DNA of 60,573 bases. It comes from Catajapyx aquilonaris (lineage: Eukaryota). Below, piece by piece: positions 25,701 to 40,700 of the stretch (positions are counted from its first letter, which is position 1; every line of letters starts with the position of its first letter). Both the position numbers and the translations under genes were made by a program. Location of the stretch: contig KZ538582.1 of NCBI GenBank assembly GCA_000934665.2, positions 1-60,573 on the forward strand, written 5' to 3'. Below the pieces are notes generated by a model. It saw only the letters and a list, made by a program, of their open reading frames with translations, was not told the DNA's origin and made no database searches.

Positions 25701-28700
25701 GCCACGAGTCACCCTCAAATCCTGACCTCACCTGGCTACCCAGCCAGTTATCCAGGAGGTTTGGAGTGTGTGTACACAATCTCAGCTCCAGTTGGGAAGA
25801 TCATCACACTGGAGGTGGAGGACATGGACTTGGAACCAGGACGAGATTATATCGTGGTCAGAGACGGGGACACTCCTCTTGGGACACGTCTGGCCCATCT
25901 GAGTGGGGTCAAGGACAGCAATCCGAGGCTGGTCATGTCCACGGAGAACAAGCTTTATCTGTACCTAAGGACAGACCTAGGAGACTCCAGACGCGGATTT
26001 AAGATCAAGTACTTCCAGGGTAAGTACACATTTTTATAGCAATCTTGATCTCCATTGCGCCAGGGCTATTTTGCATAACTGGTGCTGGCGTGTTAATGAA
26101 GCAAGTCTGTGGATTACAACTATCTGTATTTACGCCAGGCACGACAAGTTTGTTGCTCAATGTGTTAGTGGCATTGAAACACTTGGCTGAGACCAACAAC
26201 TTTATTCAGGCCGTTGAATTTAATTACATCTCAGGATAGATTGTTGTTTAGACCACTCGCACGCACTCAGCAGGATTTTCTTCACTGCCACTTTTCAGGG
26301 TGCTTGTTTTTAGATACATTTCTTGTCAACTGGGGATGCATATTAATAAAGAAATAAGGGATCAATATTGTGGAAAAACTACCATTGAAATGAAAGTGGT
26401 TATTTACTGTATAATGATATTTATTTGTCATAAAACACGTTGGAACCACACTCAATTTCAAAACTGAACAAACATGGAAGAGATATATGAACAGAAAAAA
26501 GTGATGATGTCATTTTGTGTAGGGAAAGATGATAAACAGACAACATGATCTGATAAATACAGGAAACTAATAGGAAAGTGAAATCTGACACTTTGAACTG
26601 ATAAAGTCAAAATTATTGCTGTTTGAATGCGGAACATTTCGAAGGCTGTTTTACGTAAGGTTATTGCAATCATACCATTGTGTATAATCTGATCTGAAGT
26701 AAATATTGGATTTTACTATTTTTTTTAAAAAAAATAAGGAAAAATTCCATCTGTTCCACAAATGAGACTCAGGAAGTAGTCATTAGTGACACTTTTATGA
26801 TGAATACATCACCTTCTAGAAAGTGTTTGGACAGCTGCGGACACTTTATAGACACACCTATACTGTTGGTGCTCATAAATAACTTTCAAATTCTATTAAC
26901 AAACCAAGGTTGGTCCTTTTCGGCTACATTCTTACAGACCATAAATTAATTACAAGAAATATACTCTACCAACTGATTCTTAAATAAGATTGAGCTGAAT
27001 CGGTTTGTAACGAAAATTTGGTATGAAAAGCACACTTCCGGAAGTTTGTTTTTGCAGACACATTTTCTGCGTGCATAACTTCACTTTAAAGTAATTCCCC
27101 ATAATAGCAACCCCCTCAGCCTGTCATTTCAAGTAAAAAAAAACAACAACTGCATCGCATGACCCTAATTGGGCACATGGGCGCAAAATAATGCAAATTG
27201 CACTCTATGAATACGTGATTACTTCCGGAAGTGGGTGTAGATAGGAAGTGGAACCAAATCTTTCCGTCCGTGTCCAGATAGTGTGACAACCGTGACATCT
27301 TCCTCGTTCCATCCTCAAAAACCAAAAACCGTGCGCGGTCTACCTCAATTTTTGTTATAGTTTGTCGTCAACTATACGAGAAGGAATCAAAGAAAAAAAA
27401 TGGCGATTTTTGTTAGACGCGAACTATAGAAAGTTCCTCTTTCAAGGACCTCCGAATGCCATGTGTTGTAAAAATTGAAGGACCTTAAAAGTAGAGAGAA
27501 AATTCCCCTTCACTGTGTTTTTTTTGAAGGGGGAGAAAGGAAGAGAGAGAGAAAGAGAGAGATGTAAGGAAGAAGGAAAAATCCTTCCCACTGTCATTTT
27601 CGACGCCATTGTCTTTAGATTTCGGATAGTTTTGTGGCGAAACAATAAGGGATTATGTTGAAACATACCTGCTCATCTGCACATATAATATTTATGTTTG
27701 TTAAAATTATTTAACTTTCATACATTCTGGTGTGTTGCACAACTCGTAGCTAGTTCAAATTAATATTAGTTTATCATTTATTAGAATGTAACTGATTGCT
27801 GGAATGAACAATCCTTCACCTTTTTGAACTGGACACTTGTTCAGTGCACCGTATAAACCGCATTACCGCTAATTGGTGCATATGTAGCTCCTTTTTTTTG
27901 CGGATGGTTTTGCGGGTGTTAAGTATGACTATTGGTATCGTCAAACAGGGCGAAACCAATGCGCTAAATTTTTTTTGGCGAAGTTATGCGAAAGTTTGCA
28001 ACAGAGGAGAAGCGACACGAATCGGAATTTGTTACATATTTTTTTCAGGTGCTAAAATATTGCGATTAATAGTTATATCCTGAACGTAATGCGCTAATTG
28101 CTGTTGTTATGGCTAACGAATATGAGGAATTTGTTGCTGATTATGTTCCCTTGACCAATTCATTAAGGGATTTTTTAACACCAAATTTTAAGACAAGTGC
28201 ACCTCCAACAGGTTACTGTGATAAATAATCCAAAATATTTCTCTTGGACTAAAGAGCTGTTGTGGTGTTGCATGTTACAATATACTGTAACATACAACAG
28301 TACGTGTACTTGAAAAAATAATTAATGTCTGACATCCGTGAAATCCAGGCTATGACAATTGGTCAACTGATGCAGGTGCCAGGGGGGGGGGGGNGGGGGG
28401 GGGAAATGTGCAGGGTTAACAACATAATAACATTTTTATTTGTCATCCAATCGTGGGATTTTGTGATTGTGGGAATAGTAAGCCTATTTGTGATTATGTC
28501 ACGGTTTTTATTGCGGTAAGCCTCATAAAAACGTCCTGGAAATAAAAATTCTCTGGGAGTTCTCTTGAATGTCGGGGTTTAAAAAAAATTATTTGACTTG
28601 GTGTATGTCATTTTTTTACATTTTAACTTCATGACTTACCGGCAGTGATAAATATGTTATTATCATAAGTAGCAACAAGCACAAAGTGGCAATGAAAGCC

Positions 28701-31700
28701 TGTCCCAAAAAGCTTATAACTTCCTACAAAGATGACCTTGACATTTTAATTGTAACGGGTCTTTACGGTTCAGAATTGCACTTAGCACCGGTTTATTCTA
28801 TACCAAAGTAAAATACGCTGGTTTTTATCATATACCCAAACCATATTTTTTTGAGAGAGCCTCCACCTTTGCATGCTGATTATATGTATTTTTGTTGCCA
28901 TCTTCAGGTTGCCAGGTGAGTTTGATAGCGGACAACGGCACCATCTCGTCGCCAGCTTACGGCCTTTTGCCCTACCCAAGCAACCAGGAATGCGGCTACA
29001 GGGTACGGAGGACCACTGGAGGACCTCTCTCATTACGCTTCGCCACATTTGACCTCGACGACTCAGACTTTGTTCAGGTTTGTGTCATATATACCCTTCT
29101 TTCTTTTTTCTTTTTAGTGTGTCGCTTTAAAAAAAAAAAAAAAAGATAGACATCTAGAGAGGGTGGGCTTTTTTTTTCAGGGATGTTGCTTTTAGGGGGG
29201 GTTGACCTCGACCCAAATGTGTCGCTGAAGATCGGTTTTGTTGACAGTGTCACGAACTGGTTTGCCCTTTTGGATAACCCGGGCGTGTACCGTTTCTGCA
29301 TGTAATTCTGGCATCCAAATTGGCACCCTTTTAAAAGTCTTAAGGATGCGAAAATATGCGGTGATGCAATGCCGGAATAGAGAGGACCAAAAGGCTCGTC
29401 AGTCTTGCCAACTTTGCATCACTTATATTGTATGAACACCTGACATGAAGAGTCACATTTGACTGATTTTGACAATGCTTTGCAATTTGTTGGCAAATAT
29501 GATTGATAAGAAATCTGATGGATCTGTATACGTATGGTAGGCTACATAGATCTGTATTTACTTTGCCAACAATTTGATTTTTTTGAAAATTATTCTAGGA
29601 GCCTTTATGACTTTCCCAATTGGCAAATGTGCAAAAATTGCAACGCTGTAAATTAGGCTTTGCAGATTGAATATTACGCTATGCGTATAGTGGCAAAAAA
29701 ACGGGGGAGATTGTGCCACTTTTGGAGGTTTTCCTTGTAAGCAAACCAGAGTAATTGATATATCAGAACGAATATTTGCATAAAAATATGCAAAAATAAA
29801 CTGGATCCAGATAGTGTACTCGGACCTGCGTTAACTTTGTGAACAATTTTATTTTGCTAAAATATATTATGCTCGTCCTTATTACTCTCCAAATTGATAT
29901 ATGAGCCAAAATGGTAACGCAGTAATTATCCTTTGCAGATTGAAGATTACGTTGTTAAAAATGGTATTTAAAAGAAAAGAAAATATAGATACAGAGAGAG
30001 AGTAACTACTGGTACTTAGGCATGCAGTAACTTTGTGAACAATTTCCTGAAAATTACGATGTGACTTTCCCAACTGGCAAATGTGCTAAAATGGCAGCAT
30101 TGTCCTTTGAAGATTGGATATTACGTTAATCGAAATGGCAAATTTATTCAATAAGAAAATCCAGAGACTTGCTTTAACTTGTGACCAATTTTATTTTGCT
30201 CACTGTTTCAAAGTGGCAAATGCGCCAAAATGGCAACGCTGTAATTATGCAAATGTGTATTCTGCGAGGACAAAACGCAGGTCTGCTCCCCCCCCCCCCC
30301 NCCCCCCCCCTTGAACATAGCATTGCCTTACACCGTTAACTCCTTCGCCTTAATAAGACAGGGTCATAATTCCATGGTAGCAGCGGACTGACTGGAAACT
30401 GCAGACTGCTGAAGGAAATGTTAATAAAAAAACGAGTTCATCTTCCTCTCGAATAAGGATAAAAATTATATGGCGTGGGTGATCTGGTTCTCTGGGTCTC
30501 TAGGCAGAAGTTTTTCTCGAAATTTTCATATCGCCTCTTTTTTATTGTTTGCATTAAAGGTGTATGACGGTGCGACCGTGTCTGGAATCCGGTTGCATTC
30601 TGGAAATGGTTTCACAGGAAAATCCGTGCCTAAGATCACACTCACAGCCTCCAGTGGTGATATGCTGGTCAGATTCGTGACTGATCCTCTTAGGTCAAGG
30701 AAAGGATGGCTGGCTGTCTTCTCTGCAGGTTTGTACCTTTAATTCTTTTTAAAAATAAATTAAACATATTTTTTGTGGGAACATCCCTATACATTTTTTT
30801 CTGTCTTCCTTCCGATCCACAGACTGCCCAGTTCTGCAACCCGGTTTGGGGGCTTTGGCCTCTAGTCGAGACACAGCTTTCGGCACCATAGTGACTTTCT
30901 CCTGTCCGGTGGGTCAGGAGTTCGCCACTGGTCAGCCCAGGATAGTGTCCCAGTGCATGACTGGAGGAAAGTGGTCCGAGTCATACATTCCTAACTGCCA
31001 AGGTAACGTAACCACCAATTTGCCCCTCCAAACATTTAAATTTTAAGCCTTCAAAATTAATTAATTAATTATTGTGTTCTTTATTTATTCATTTATCATA
31101 ATTGTGTTTTGCGATGAATTGAGGGTAAATAGTGATGGCCTGTAACTTTCTGATTTGCCAGAGGTGTATTGCGGTCCGGTGCCCCAGATCGACAATGGTT
31201 TTTCCATCGGGTCGACCAACGTCACGTACAGGGGTCAGGCGTCGTACCAGTGCTACGCAGGTTTCGCTTTCCCGGCGGGTCATGCCATTGAGAAAATCTC
31301 CTGCACCGCTTTGGGCAAATGGGAGAAACTGCCCACCTGTCTCGGTGAGTCACTCTATAATTTTTTTTTAAATGCATTATTTGGCCGATCAATTTATTTT
31401 ATTAATTTGTGTGATTGAAACTACAGCATCGCAGTGTCCTCCTCTTCCGGACACTCCCCATGCAAACCAGACCATCCTGAGTGGTGCTGGACGCAACTAC
31501 GGTACTGTGGTACGCTTCACATGCGAACCCGGATATCTTCGAAACGGATACCCAATGATACTCTGCATGAGCAACGGAACCTGGTCTGGAGACGTACCCA
31601 TCTGCTCACGTAAGTTTGTTTGTTTGTTCACATTATACCAATATTTATTCACATTTCTTATACATTTCATACCAATTTAATCCTCATTTCATATATGAAA

Positions 31701-34700
31701 TTTTCCATATGAAATTCATTTATTACATTATGAACCTTCCTAAAAGTTACAACTTATAACCTTACTTACAAACCAATTTGTAATTGCTTCTTCATTACTG
31801 GTACATTTGTTTTGGTGACACAGGCAAGAAGTGCTATGAGTTCCCAAAAATCGACAACGGATTCGTGACAGACATGTCACGAGAATACTTCTACGGTGAT
31901 GAAGCTCGTGTCCAGTGTCACCGAGGTTATCGTCTGGTAGGAGCCAGCATCATCACCTGTGGACCAAGCCAAGAGTTCTTGAATCCTCCTCAGTGTGAAG
32001 GTGAGCCTTTTTTCCCCACTCCAGATGGATTAATTTAATAATTATTAATCAATCAATTAATTATTGTGTTGTAGATGTGAACGAATGCAGTGCATCACCT
32101 TGCGACCAGGCTTCAACCGAGTGCAGCAACGTGGCTGGATCCTTCAGCTGCAAGTGCAAGGAAGGTTTCGCTCCAAACATGGAGTGCAGACCTGTAGGAG
32201 ACCTCGGTCTTGGCTCTGGAGGAATTCCAGACGAGGCCATCACAGTCTCTGGACAAGAGAAGGGTCACGAAAAGGAGGTCAGTCTTCAAGCTTTGGAAGA
32301 AAACAACATTCTGATGATGTTTATGAAATTATAATTGTTTTTTTTCCAGCAATTGCGACTGAATAGCAATGCAGGCGGATGGTGCGGATTGTCCAAAACT
32401 CCTGGAGCCAACTGGATTCTGGTTGACCTGAGGGCTCCCAGCATCTTACGAGGATTCAGGACTCAGGGTGTCCTTAGATCAGACGGAGTCACTGCTTTTG
32501 TGACCGCCATTCGTCTTCAGTACACAGACGATCTGACTGATGTCTTCAGAGATTACACCAATCCGGACGGGACTCCAGTAGAGTTCAGGGTCCTGGAGCC
32601 TAATCTGTCCATGCTCAACTTGCCGATACCCATCGAGGCTAGATACATCAAGTTTGTGATTCAGGTTAGAAATCATGAAGATAAAGTAACTTCCAGTTGA
32701 ATAAGGTAGCAGACCTGAAGCTCAAAATAGCCTCCAAGAGAGGACCTCCGTATGAAGCTCAAAATAGCCTCCGAGAGAGGACCTCCATATGGCCACCTTC
32801 ATGTGTGAAAGTGAAGGTGGTCATACGGAGGTGCTCTCATGGAGGCTGTTTTGAGCTTTAGGTCTGCTACCTCAACTCCTGGAAGTCTGTTGTGCTAACA
32901 GTAAGCGCAGTGTAATACGAACAAACCAACATTGCAGGGATTTGTGGACTCACCTTGTCTGCGGCTAGAACTGATGGGATGTACCAGACTTGAATGTAAC
33001 GACATCAACGAATGTGTCGTTAAGAATGGTGGTTGCGACCAAAAGTGTGTTAACAGGTAAGAAAAATGTTTGGATCGCATTGAACTATGTATTAATATTG
33101 TTCCTTCTTATGTAGCCCTGGAAGTTTTGCCTGCACTTGCAACGTTGGTTATGAGCTTTACACTGCAAACCTCACAGCCGGATTTCTAATAGAGCCTCGT
33201 GAGACTGGCCATAGAGATGGGGACATTTATAGACTGAACAAAACCTGTGTGCCAAAGATGTGTCCCGCTCTTAAGGCTCCTGAAAATGGGGTTATTCTTT
33301 CCACAAAGGTAATAAGCGTGCCCAACAGAAATGCATGTCACAACATTACAATATTTGTGTTTTATTTTGATAGAAAATGTACCACTTTGGCGACTTGGTG
33401 TACTTCCAATGCAACTTTGGATACCTGATGGCTGGAAGTCCATCCGTCTTGTGCACTTCATCTGGAGCTTGGAACGGAACAGTACCTGAATGCCACTGTA
33501 AGCATTGGCTGCATTTGTAGTTACCTTAGCATAGGGATCCATCCATATTCATTGCTTCTGCAATAAGGTTCGTGCGTATAATTGAATCGCAATTATTTAC
33601 TACACAGTTGCGGAATGTGTGTCCTTGCAAGATGATGCGTCTGAAGGCCTGATTGTCCGCCGTCCCAATACGGACAGTGTCTTGGTTCCATTTGGTGCCA
33701 ATGTGTCCCTGTCCTGCCATGAAATGGGACGTCCTTTGCGCAAGACTGTTACGTCCTCGTTCCGACAGTGCACGTATGATCCTAAGCGAGGCTTTCCTGA
33801 CTATTGGTTGTCCGGATCCCAGCCGTCATGTCCACGGACAGACTGCGGGGTACCACCAGACAGCCCAGGAGCAGAGTACGGTCGTTACATAGACACCAAA
33901 TATCAAGCCTCGTTCTTCTTCGGATGTCAGGATACATTCAAGTTGGCCGGACAGACGACCAGAAATGACAATGTGGTCAGATGTCAAGAAAATGGTGTGT
34001 GGGACTTTGGTGACTTGCGTTGTGAAGGTCCGGTGTGTGAAGATCCTGGAAGACCACCAGATGGGTCTCAAGTTGCGACCAGTTACGAGCAGGTAACTGA
34101 AACACTTTGCAAAAATATGAGAGAGGTTATACATAATTTTCAATATATTTTCAGAGCACGGAAGTGAGCTTTCAGTGCAGCAAACCTGGCTACATCCCTA
34201 TCAATCCTTGGCCCATTACGTGCATCAGAAATCCAGAGTGCAAAGTGATCAAACCGCTGGGTCTCACCTCAGGGAAGATACCAAGCAGTGCCATCAACGC
34301 CACATCCCAAAGGTGGGCTTACAATAATTAATATTAATTGCATTTAATGGAAAGATTTACATACTTACAACTTTTCATGCAATGAGTATAAATGTGTATT
34401 GTTTTGTAACGTTGGTCCATGTTTTTATATTAGGGCAAACTATGAGGCGAAGAATGTTCGGCTAAACTCAGCTACTGGATGGTGCGGACTCCAAGAAGCA
34501 TTCACGTATGTGAGTGTGGACCTCGGAAAAGTGAATCGCATTAAGGCCATCCTGGTCAAAGGAGTGATCACCAACGACGTGGTGGGTCGTCCGAGCGAGA
34601 TCCGCTTCTTCTACAAGCAGTTTGAGAGCGAGAATTATGTGGTGTACTTCCCCAACTTCAATCTGACCACACGTGATCCTGGGAACTACGGAGAGCTGGC

Positions 34701-37700
34701 CATGATCACGTTGCCAATATCGGTTCAAGCTAGGTTTGTGATCCTCGGGATTGTGAGCTACCTTGAAAATCCTTGTCTTAAGTTTGAACTGTTGGGATGC
34801 GAAGATGAGCCGGATGCTGACAGGCTGCTTGGTTACGACTTAGGCTATCCTGCTTGTGTCGGTGAGTGATGAAGTTGATGGGACATATGCAACAGTATAA
34901 CACATTTTTACCTGTACAGATAATGAACCACCGGTGTTTGACAACTGTCCTGACCAGCCGATAATTGTCCAGAAGAGCCCGGCCGGATTGGAGCCAGTGG
35001 ATTTCCCCAAGCCGGTGGCAAGCGACAACAGCGGGATGATTGCACGGATGGAAGTGAGGCCCCAGGGCTTCCAGATGCCTCTAATGGTCTTCAACGATAT
35101 GTCAGTAGAGTACCTGGCCTATGATTTTGATGGGAATGTTGCCATCTGTCATATCAACATCACCGTGCCAGGTACGGCATACTATATATACGACAATAAT
35201 TAACCAACTTGTAACCTAACTTGAATATTTCAGACGACACTCCGCCAAAACTGAGCTGTCCGCAAAGCTATGTCGTTGAGCTGATCGACCGACAGGAGAG
35301 CTACCAGGTGCACTTCAACGAGACCCGTCGTCGCATCAACACTTCAGATGCCTCGGGAGATGTGCGAGTTACTTTCATACCAGAGAGCGCAATAATTCCA
35401 ATCGGAGGATATGAGAATGTGACTGTCATCGCCTCGGATAAGTTTGGAAACCAGGCCGGATGCTATTTCCAAGTTGCAGTGCAGGCCACCCCTTGCGTTG
35501 AATGGGAGCTGAGACCGCCTGCAAACGGTGTGCTCAATTGCCTTCCTGGTGATTCTGGAGACGGCTTTCAGTGTCTGGCCACTTGCAATCCAGGATTCAG
35601 GTATTGACAGTGTTAGTTTTCATGTCCCGAACCATTACATTAATTTATGTCAATTTCAGGTTCACGGATGCTGAGACTGTCAAAACATTCTCGTGTGAGA
35701 ACAAGCGATCTTGGATTCCAAGCCGAGTTGTCCCCGACTGTGTTTCTGAAAGTGAGTCCGATAATTTTCTTATGAAATACATACTAACGGATTTGTGTTG
35801 AGCAGATACGGAGCAAGCGAGCTACCATGTGGTGTCCAACGTCACGTACCGTGCAAACGGTGCTGTGCTTCCCCTCTGCCTTACTCAGTACACGGACTTG
35901 ATAGCCCAGTATTACTACAGTCTCAACAACGTGCTGTCGCAAAGGTGCTCAGCTGCTCTCAATGTTGACATGAATGTCAGCTTCACCGAGAACAAGCCAC
36001 AGCTTCTGGATGAAAATGTGGTTGAGGTAAGTGCGACAATAATTAATATTATATGCAATTATATTACATGCATTTTTCCTTCCAGATAATCTACACCCTG
36101 CAAATTACGCCTGCTGTTCGCCAGCCACAGTTGTACGATCTGTGCGGTTCAACTCTAAGTTTGATCTTTGATCTGTCCGTTCCGTCGACCAGCGCAGTGG
36201 TTGAGCCTCTGCTTAATGTGAGCGCTGTCGGAAACCAGTGTCCTCCACTTCGGGCTCTAACGTCACACGTGACACGAGGATTCGCTTGCGGAATTGGAGA
36301 AGTCTTGCACACTGTCCCCGGATCTGTTCCCAGATGCTGTGAGTGTGTATGTTCAAATTGGTACAGCTTGTTACTGATTGTGTCACCTTTTTAGTACACT
36401 GTCCTGCTGGCACGTTTGCTGTCGAGGGTGAGAAGACATGTACGACTTGTCCTCGTGGATTCTACCAGAATCATGACCGTAAAGGGTCGTGCATCCGCTG
36501 TCCTCTTGGCACCTACACGAGAGAGCGGGGTTCGAAGAGTCCGCTAGATTGCATACCTGTTTGCGGTTTTGGAACGTACTCTCCGACAGGTCTTGTACCT
36601 TGCCTGGAGTGTCCTCGCAACAGCTACACATACGCACCACCTGTCGATGGCTTCAAAGAGTGCCAAGCTTGCCCTCCAAACACGTTCACATATCAGCCTG
36701 CCGCAGCTGGAGTTGAGTACTGTCGAGGTGAGCTAACATACTGTGTAACACAGCGGAAAAGAAATTTATGGAAAAATTTATTTTCCAGCCAAATGTAGAC
36801 CTGGCACCTACTCCGACACTGGCCTTGCTCCATGTGCCCAGTGCCCTTCCAACTTCTTCCAGTCTCGTGAGGGCCAGACGACATGCCACGAGTGCCCGAC
36901 CAACACTGCCATTCGCAAGTCTGGATCTGAATCTCAGGAGGACTGCGAACCAGTTGTGTGCAAAGACGGCTTCTGCAAGAACGGTGGTCTCTGCCAGTCG
37001 CAAGGTCATGTTCAGCAATGCTACTGTCCCGCTGGATTCACCGGACGTCTATGCGAATCCGATATCAACGAGTGTGCGTCCAACCCATGCTACAACAGCG
37101 GAACTTGCATCGATCAGCCGCAGGGCTACAGATGCGAGTGTCCCAAAGGATATTCTGGTCTGAACTGCATAGATGAAGTGTCCGACTGCAAGAACGGTAC
37201 ATGTCCGGAGAGGGCTATGTGCAAGGATGAACCAGGACCGAACAACTACACGTGTCTCTGCAGGGCCGGATACACCGGACCACACTGCGACGTCACTGTG
37301 AGTTTTACGTTATTGTGCTAGGAGTCTACGGACAAGTAATAAGCATTATTTTCTGTCTTTATATGCACACGTATTAAAAATTATGGAGGTGACGTAATTA
37401 CTTTTTCCATTTGCAGGTGGATCCATGCACATCTGATGGGAGCCCATGTGAAAACGATGCGATGTGTGTGGCTCTATTGCAAGGAAGATTCAAGTGCGAA
37501 TGTAGACCCGGATGGGAAGGACAACGATGCGAGATAAATACAAGTAAGCCATCTCCAGCAAGTAAAGCCTGCAGATTGTATGTAACATGTGCGTTTGTCT
37601 CTTTTATTAGATGACTGCATGGAAAACCCATGCTTGTTAGGCTCGGAGTGTACCGATTTAGTGAACGACTTCTCCTGCGCTTGTCCTCCTGGCTTCACGG

Positions 37701-40700
37701 GAAAGAGGTGTCACCAGAAGATTGACCTTTGCGGTGGAAATCCCTGTGTTCACGGCAACTGCGTGGATCGCTTGTATGCGTCCATGTGTGTGTGCCAGCC
37801 AGGTTGGACCGGACAATCATGTGAGACCAATGTGGATGAGTGTGCGTCGAACCCATGTCAGAACGGAGGCGAGTGTGTGGATGGAGTCGGCGAGTACAAG
37901 TGCGACTGTCCGACTGGATTCACCGGGAAGTTGTGCCAGCATATGGTTGACTACTGTGCATCTGAACCATGTCAGAATGGAGGTACCTGCAGGGACTTGC
38001 TGGACGGATTTGAGTGCAGATGTCGTCCGGGATTCTTAGGTAAGTTAATACCTTGTATGTGTAACGTATGACCACATCATGAAAGTCTTCGCTGTATTTT
38101 TGACAATTTTTACGTAACGCGTATTGGTACATTTTTAGGTCTCCATTGTGAAGCCGAGATAGACGAATGCTTGAGCAATCCATGCAGCTCGGAAGGAACC
38201 GAGCTGTGTGTGGACAAGGACAATGACTTCCTCTGCCGCTGTCGGCCCGGCTTCTCTGGCCGCTCATGTGAAATCAACATCAATGATTGCGCGACAGATC
38301 CTTGCTTGAACGGCGGAAAGTGTGTGGATCAGATTGATGCATTTGCCTGCGTCTGCCAACAGGGATGGACCGGCACCAGATGTGAGACCGACATAGGCCT
38401 CTGCGACTCCGATCCTTGCATGAACAGTGCGGAGTGTATCAATTTGTTCGAGGACTACTTCTGTGTGTAAGTATTTCTGTGTATAAAGTTCATGTAATAT
38501 CACCTAATCACGTCATTTCCAGATGTCCATCGGGAACTGATGGCAAGCAGTGCGAGACTGCGCCAGAACGATGCATAGGCAACCCTTGTATGCACGGAGG
38601 ACTCTGTCAGGACTTCGGCTCAGGTCTTAACTGCACGTGTCCACTAGACTTTACCGGCATCGGTTGTCAGTACGAGTTGGACGCCTGCAGGGCCGGACTC
38701 TGCCAAAACGGTGCAACCTGTCACGACAATGGTAAAGGCTACACATGCACCTGTCCTCAAGGATTCACAGGCCGCAACTGCGAGGAGGACATACCTGATT
38801 GCGTACCTGGCGCCTGCCCACCGACCGCAACTTGTGTGGATCTCACAGGCGGATTCTATTGCAAGTGTCCGTTCAATCTTACCGGAGAGGACTGCAGGAA
38901 AAGTGAGTTAATCCGAGAGTTGTCGTCCGAGCAGACCGTTTCATGTTTCTTTGATTTTACAGCGATTCAAGTGGACTACGACATGTACTTCAGCGATGAG
39001 GGCGGACGAAGCAGTGCGTCTTTGGGAGTACCGTTTGTGCTAGGTGGCGTATCTAGCCTCACTTTGGCCATGTGGGTGCAGTTCTCGCATAAGGATGAGC
39101 ATGGGACTTTCTACACCTTGTACAGTGTTGAGTAAGTCCACTTTTTTATGCCTACATCATGTACTTTGAATTGTGAATGTGTACGCACTTCCAATTATTT
39201 TCCAGCTCTCCGCATGTGCCGCTGAACAGGCACAGGATGCTTCAAGCCCACAGCGGAGGAGTGCAGGTGTCCATCTTTCCAGAGTTGAGTCCAGTTTTCT
39301 TGACTTTCCGAGACTATGCCCCGATTAATGACGGACAGTGGCATCATGTGGCTATCGTCTGGTCCGCACGGACAGCCACTCTCACACTTGTTACCGAGGG
39401 ACTTATAGCCGGGAAGGTTGAAGACTATGGGTTGAACCGGACTCTTCCGCAATAGTGAGTTGTTTATTTATTTCTTAACAACTGACTTTTGGGGACACTG
39501 TAAACCACAAAATGCTCTTGTGATGAATTTTAGTTGATGAAAAGCATTAAAAATTGATGCTCAACTGTCGACACACATTTTACAATTCTATCATTTTTAG
39601 CGGTTGGGTTGTGCTTGGTGCGCCGGATACGGACAAGACAAAGGTCCGCACAGAAGCTGGTTTCCAGGGACGGCTGACTCGTGTCCAAATGTGGGGCAGA
39701 GCGTTGGACGTAACACGCGAGATTCAGAAGCAAGTACGAAGCTGCAGGTCCGAGCCCGTTCTCTACGAGACGCTCCTCCTTCACTGGAGCGGATATGACA
39801 AACTGAGTGCCGGAGTGGAGCGTATCGTCCCGTCAAACTGCGGAGAGCGGTTCTGCCAGCCGGGACTTAGCGGTCCAACCTGCGAGGTTAGAGAGAAGGA
39901 TAAGGTGACGCCGAATGTGGACCACTGCCCTGGAGACGTATGGGTCGTGACTAGGAACGGATCTGCGACCGTGGTGTGGGACGAGCCAATATTCTCGGAT
40001 AATATGAAGGTAGTGCGAGTGGAGGAGAAAAGTGGGCATCGTCCAGGACAGATGTTGCAGTGGGGGACGTACGATTTGGCGTACGTAGCGTACGATGAGG
40101 CTGGAAACACCGCATCATGCACATTCCGAGTGTATGTTCTCGGTGAGTACTGCACAAACAGTAGTGTATTAGCGACAATATTTTAAACCGCATTTTCTGT
40201 ACAGCCGACTTCTGTCCGAAACTGGCCGACCCCGAGGGTGGAATCCAACGATGCAGCGACTGGGGACCTGGCGGACACTTCAAGGTGTGCGAAATATCAT
40301 GCAATCCGAACATGAAGTTCTCTCAGGAGATACCCAAATTTTACACGTGCGGCGCTGAAGGATTCTGGCGTCCTGTTAGCAATCCGGCGATACCGTTGGT
40401 GTATCCTGCATGTGCTCGTGAGTCCGCCATTTTTAAAGTATCCACAGGATATGAAATTAATTGCTGAATTTCACAGCTGCTCATCCGGCTCAACGAGTGT
40501 TCAAGGTGAAGATGCAGTTCCCAAGCTCCGTACTTTGCAATGAGGCCGGACAGGGCGTGCTGCGGGAGAGAGTCAGACAAGCCATCGAGAAGCTCAATAG
40601 GGACTGGAGGTTCTGCACCAACACTGTTCAAGGTGCGGTTCACTCGTTGCCACTAGGAAGACAAGCGCTAATTGTTCTCACTAATTGCAGAACGAGGAGA

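Noticed and set aside
36956..38902. EGF array as a separate Notch, crumbs or fibropellin gene
   Set aside because: It splices in frame with flanking uif exons; no LNR or ankyrin repeats.
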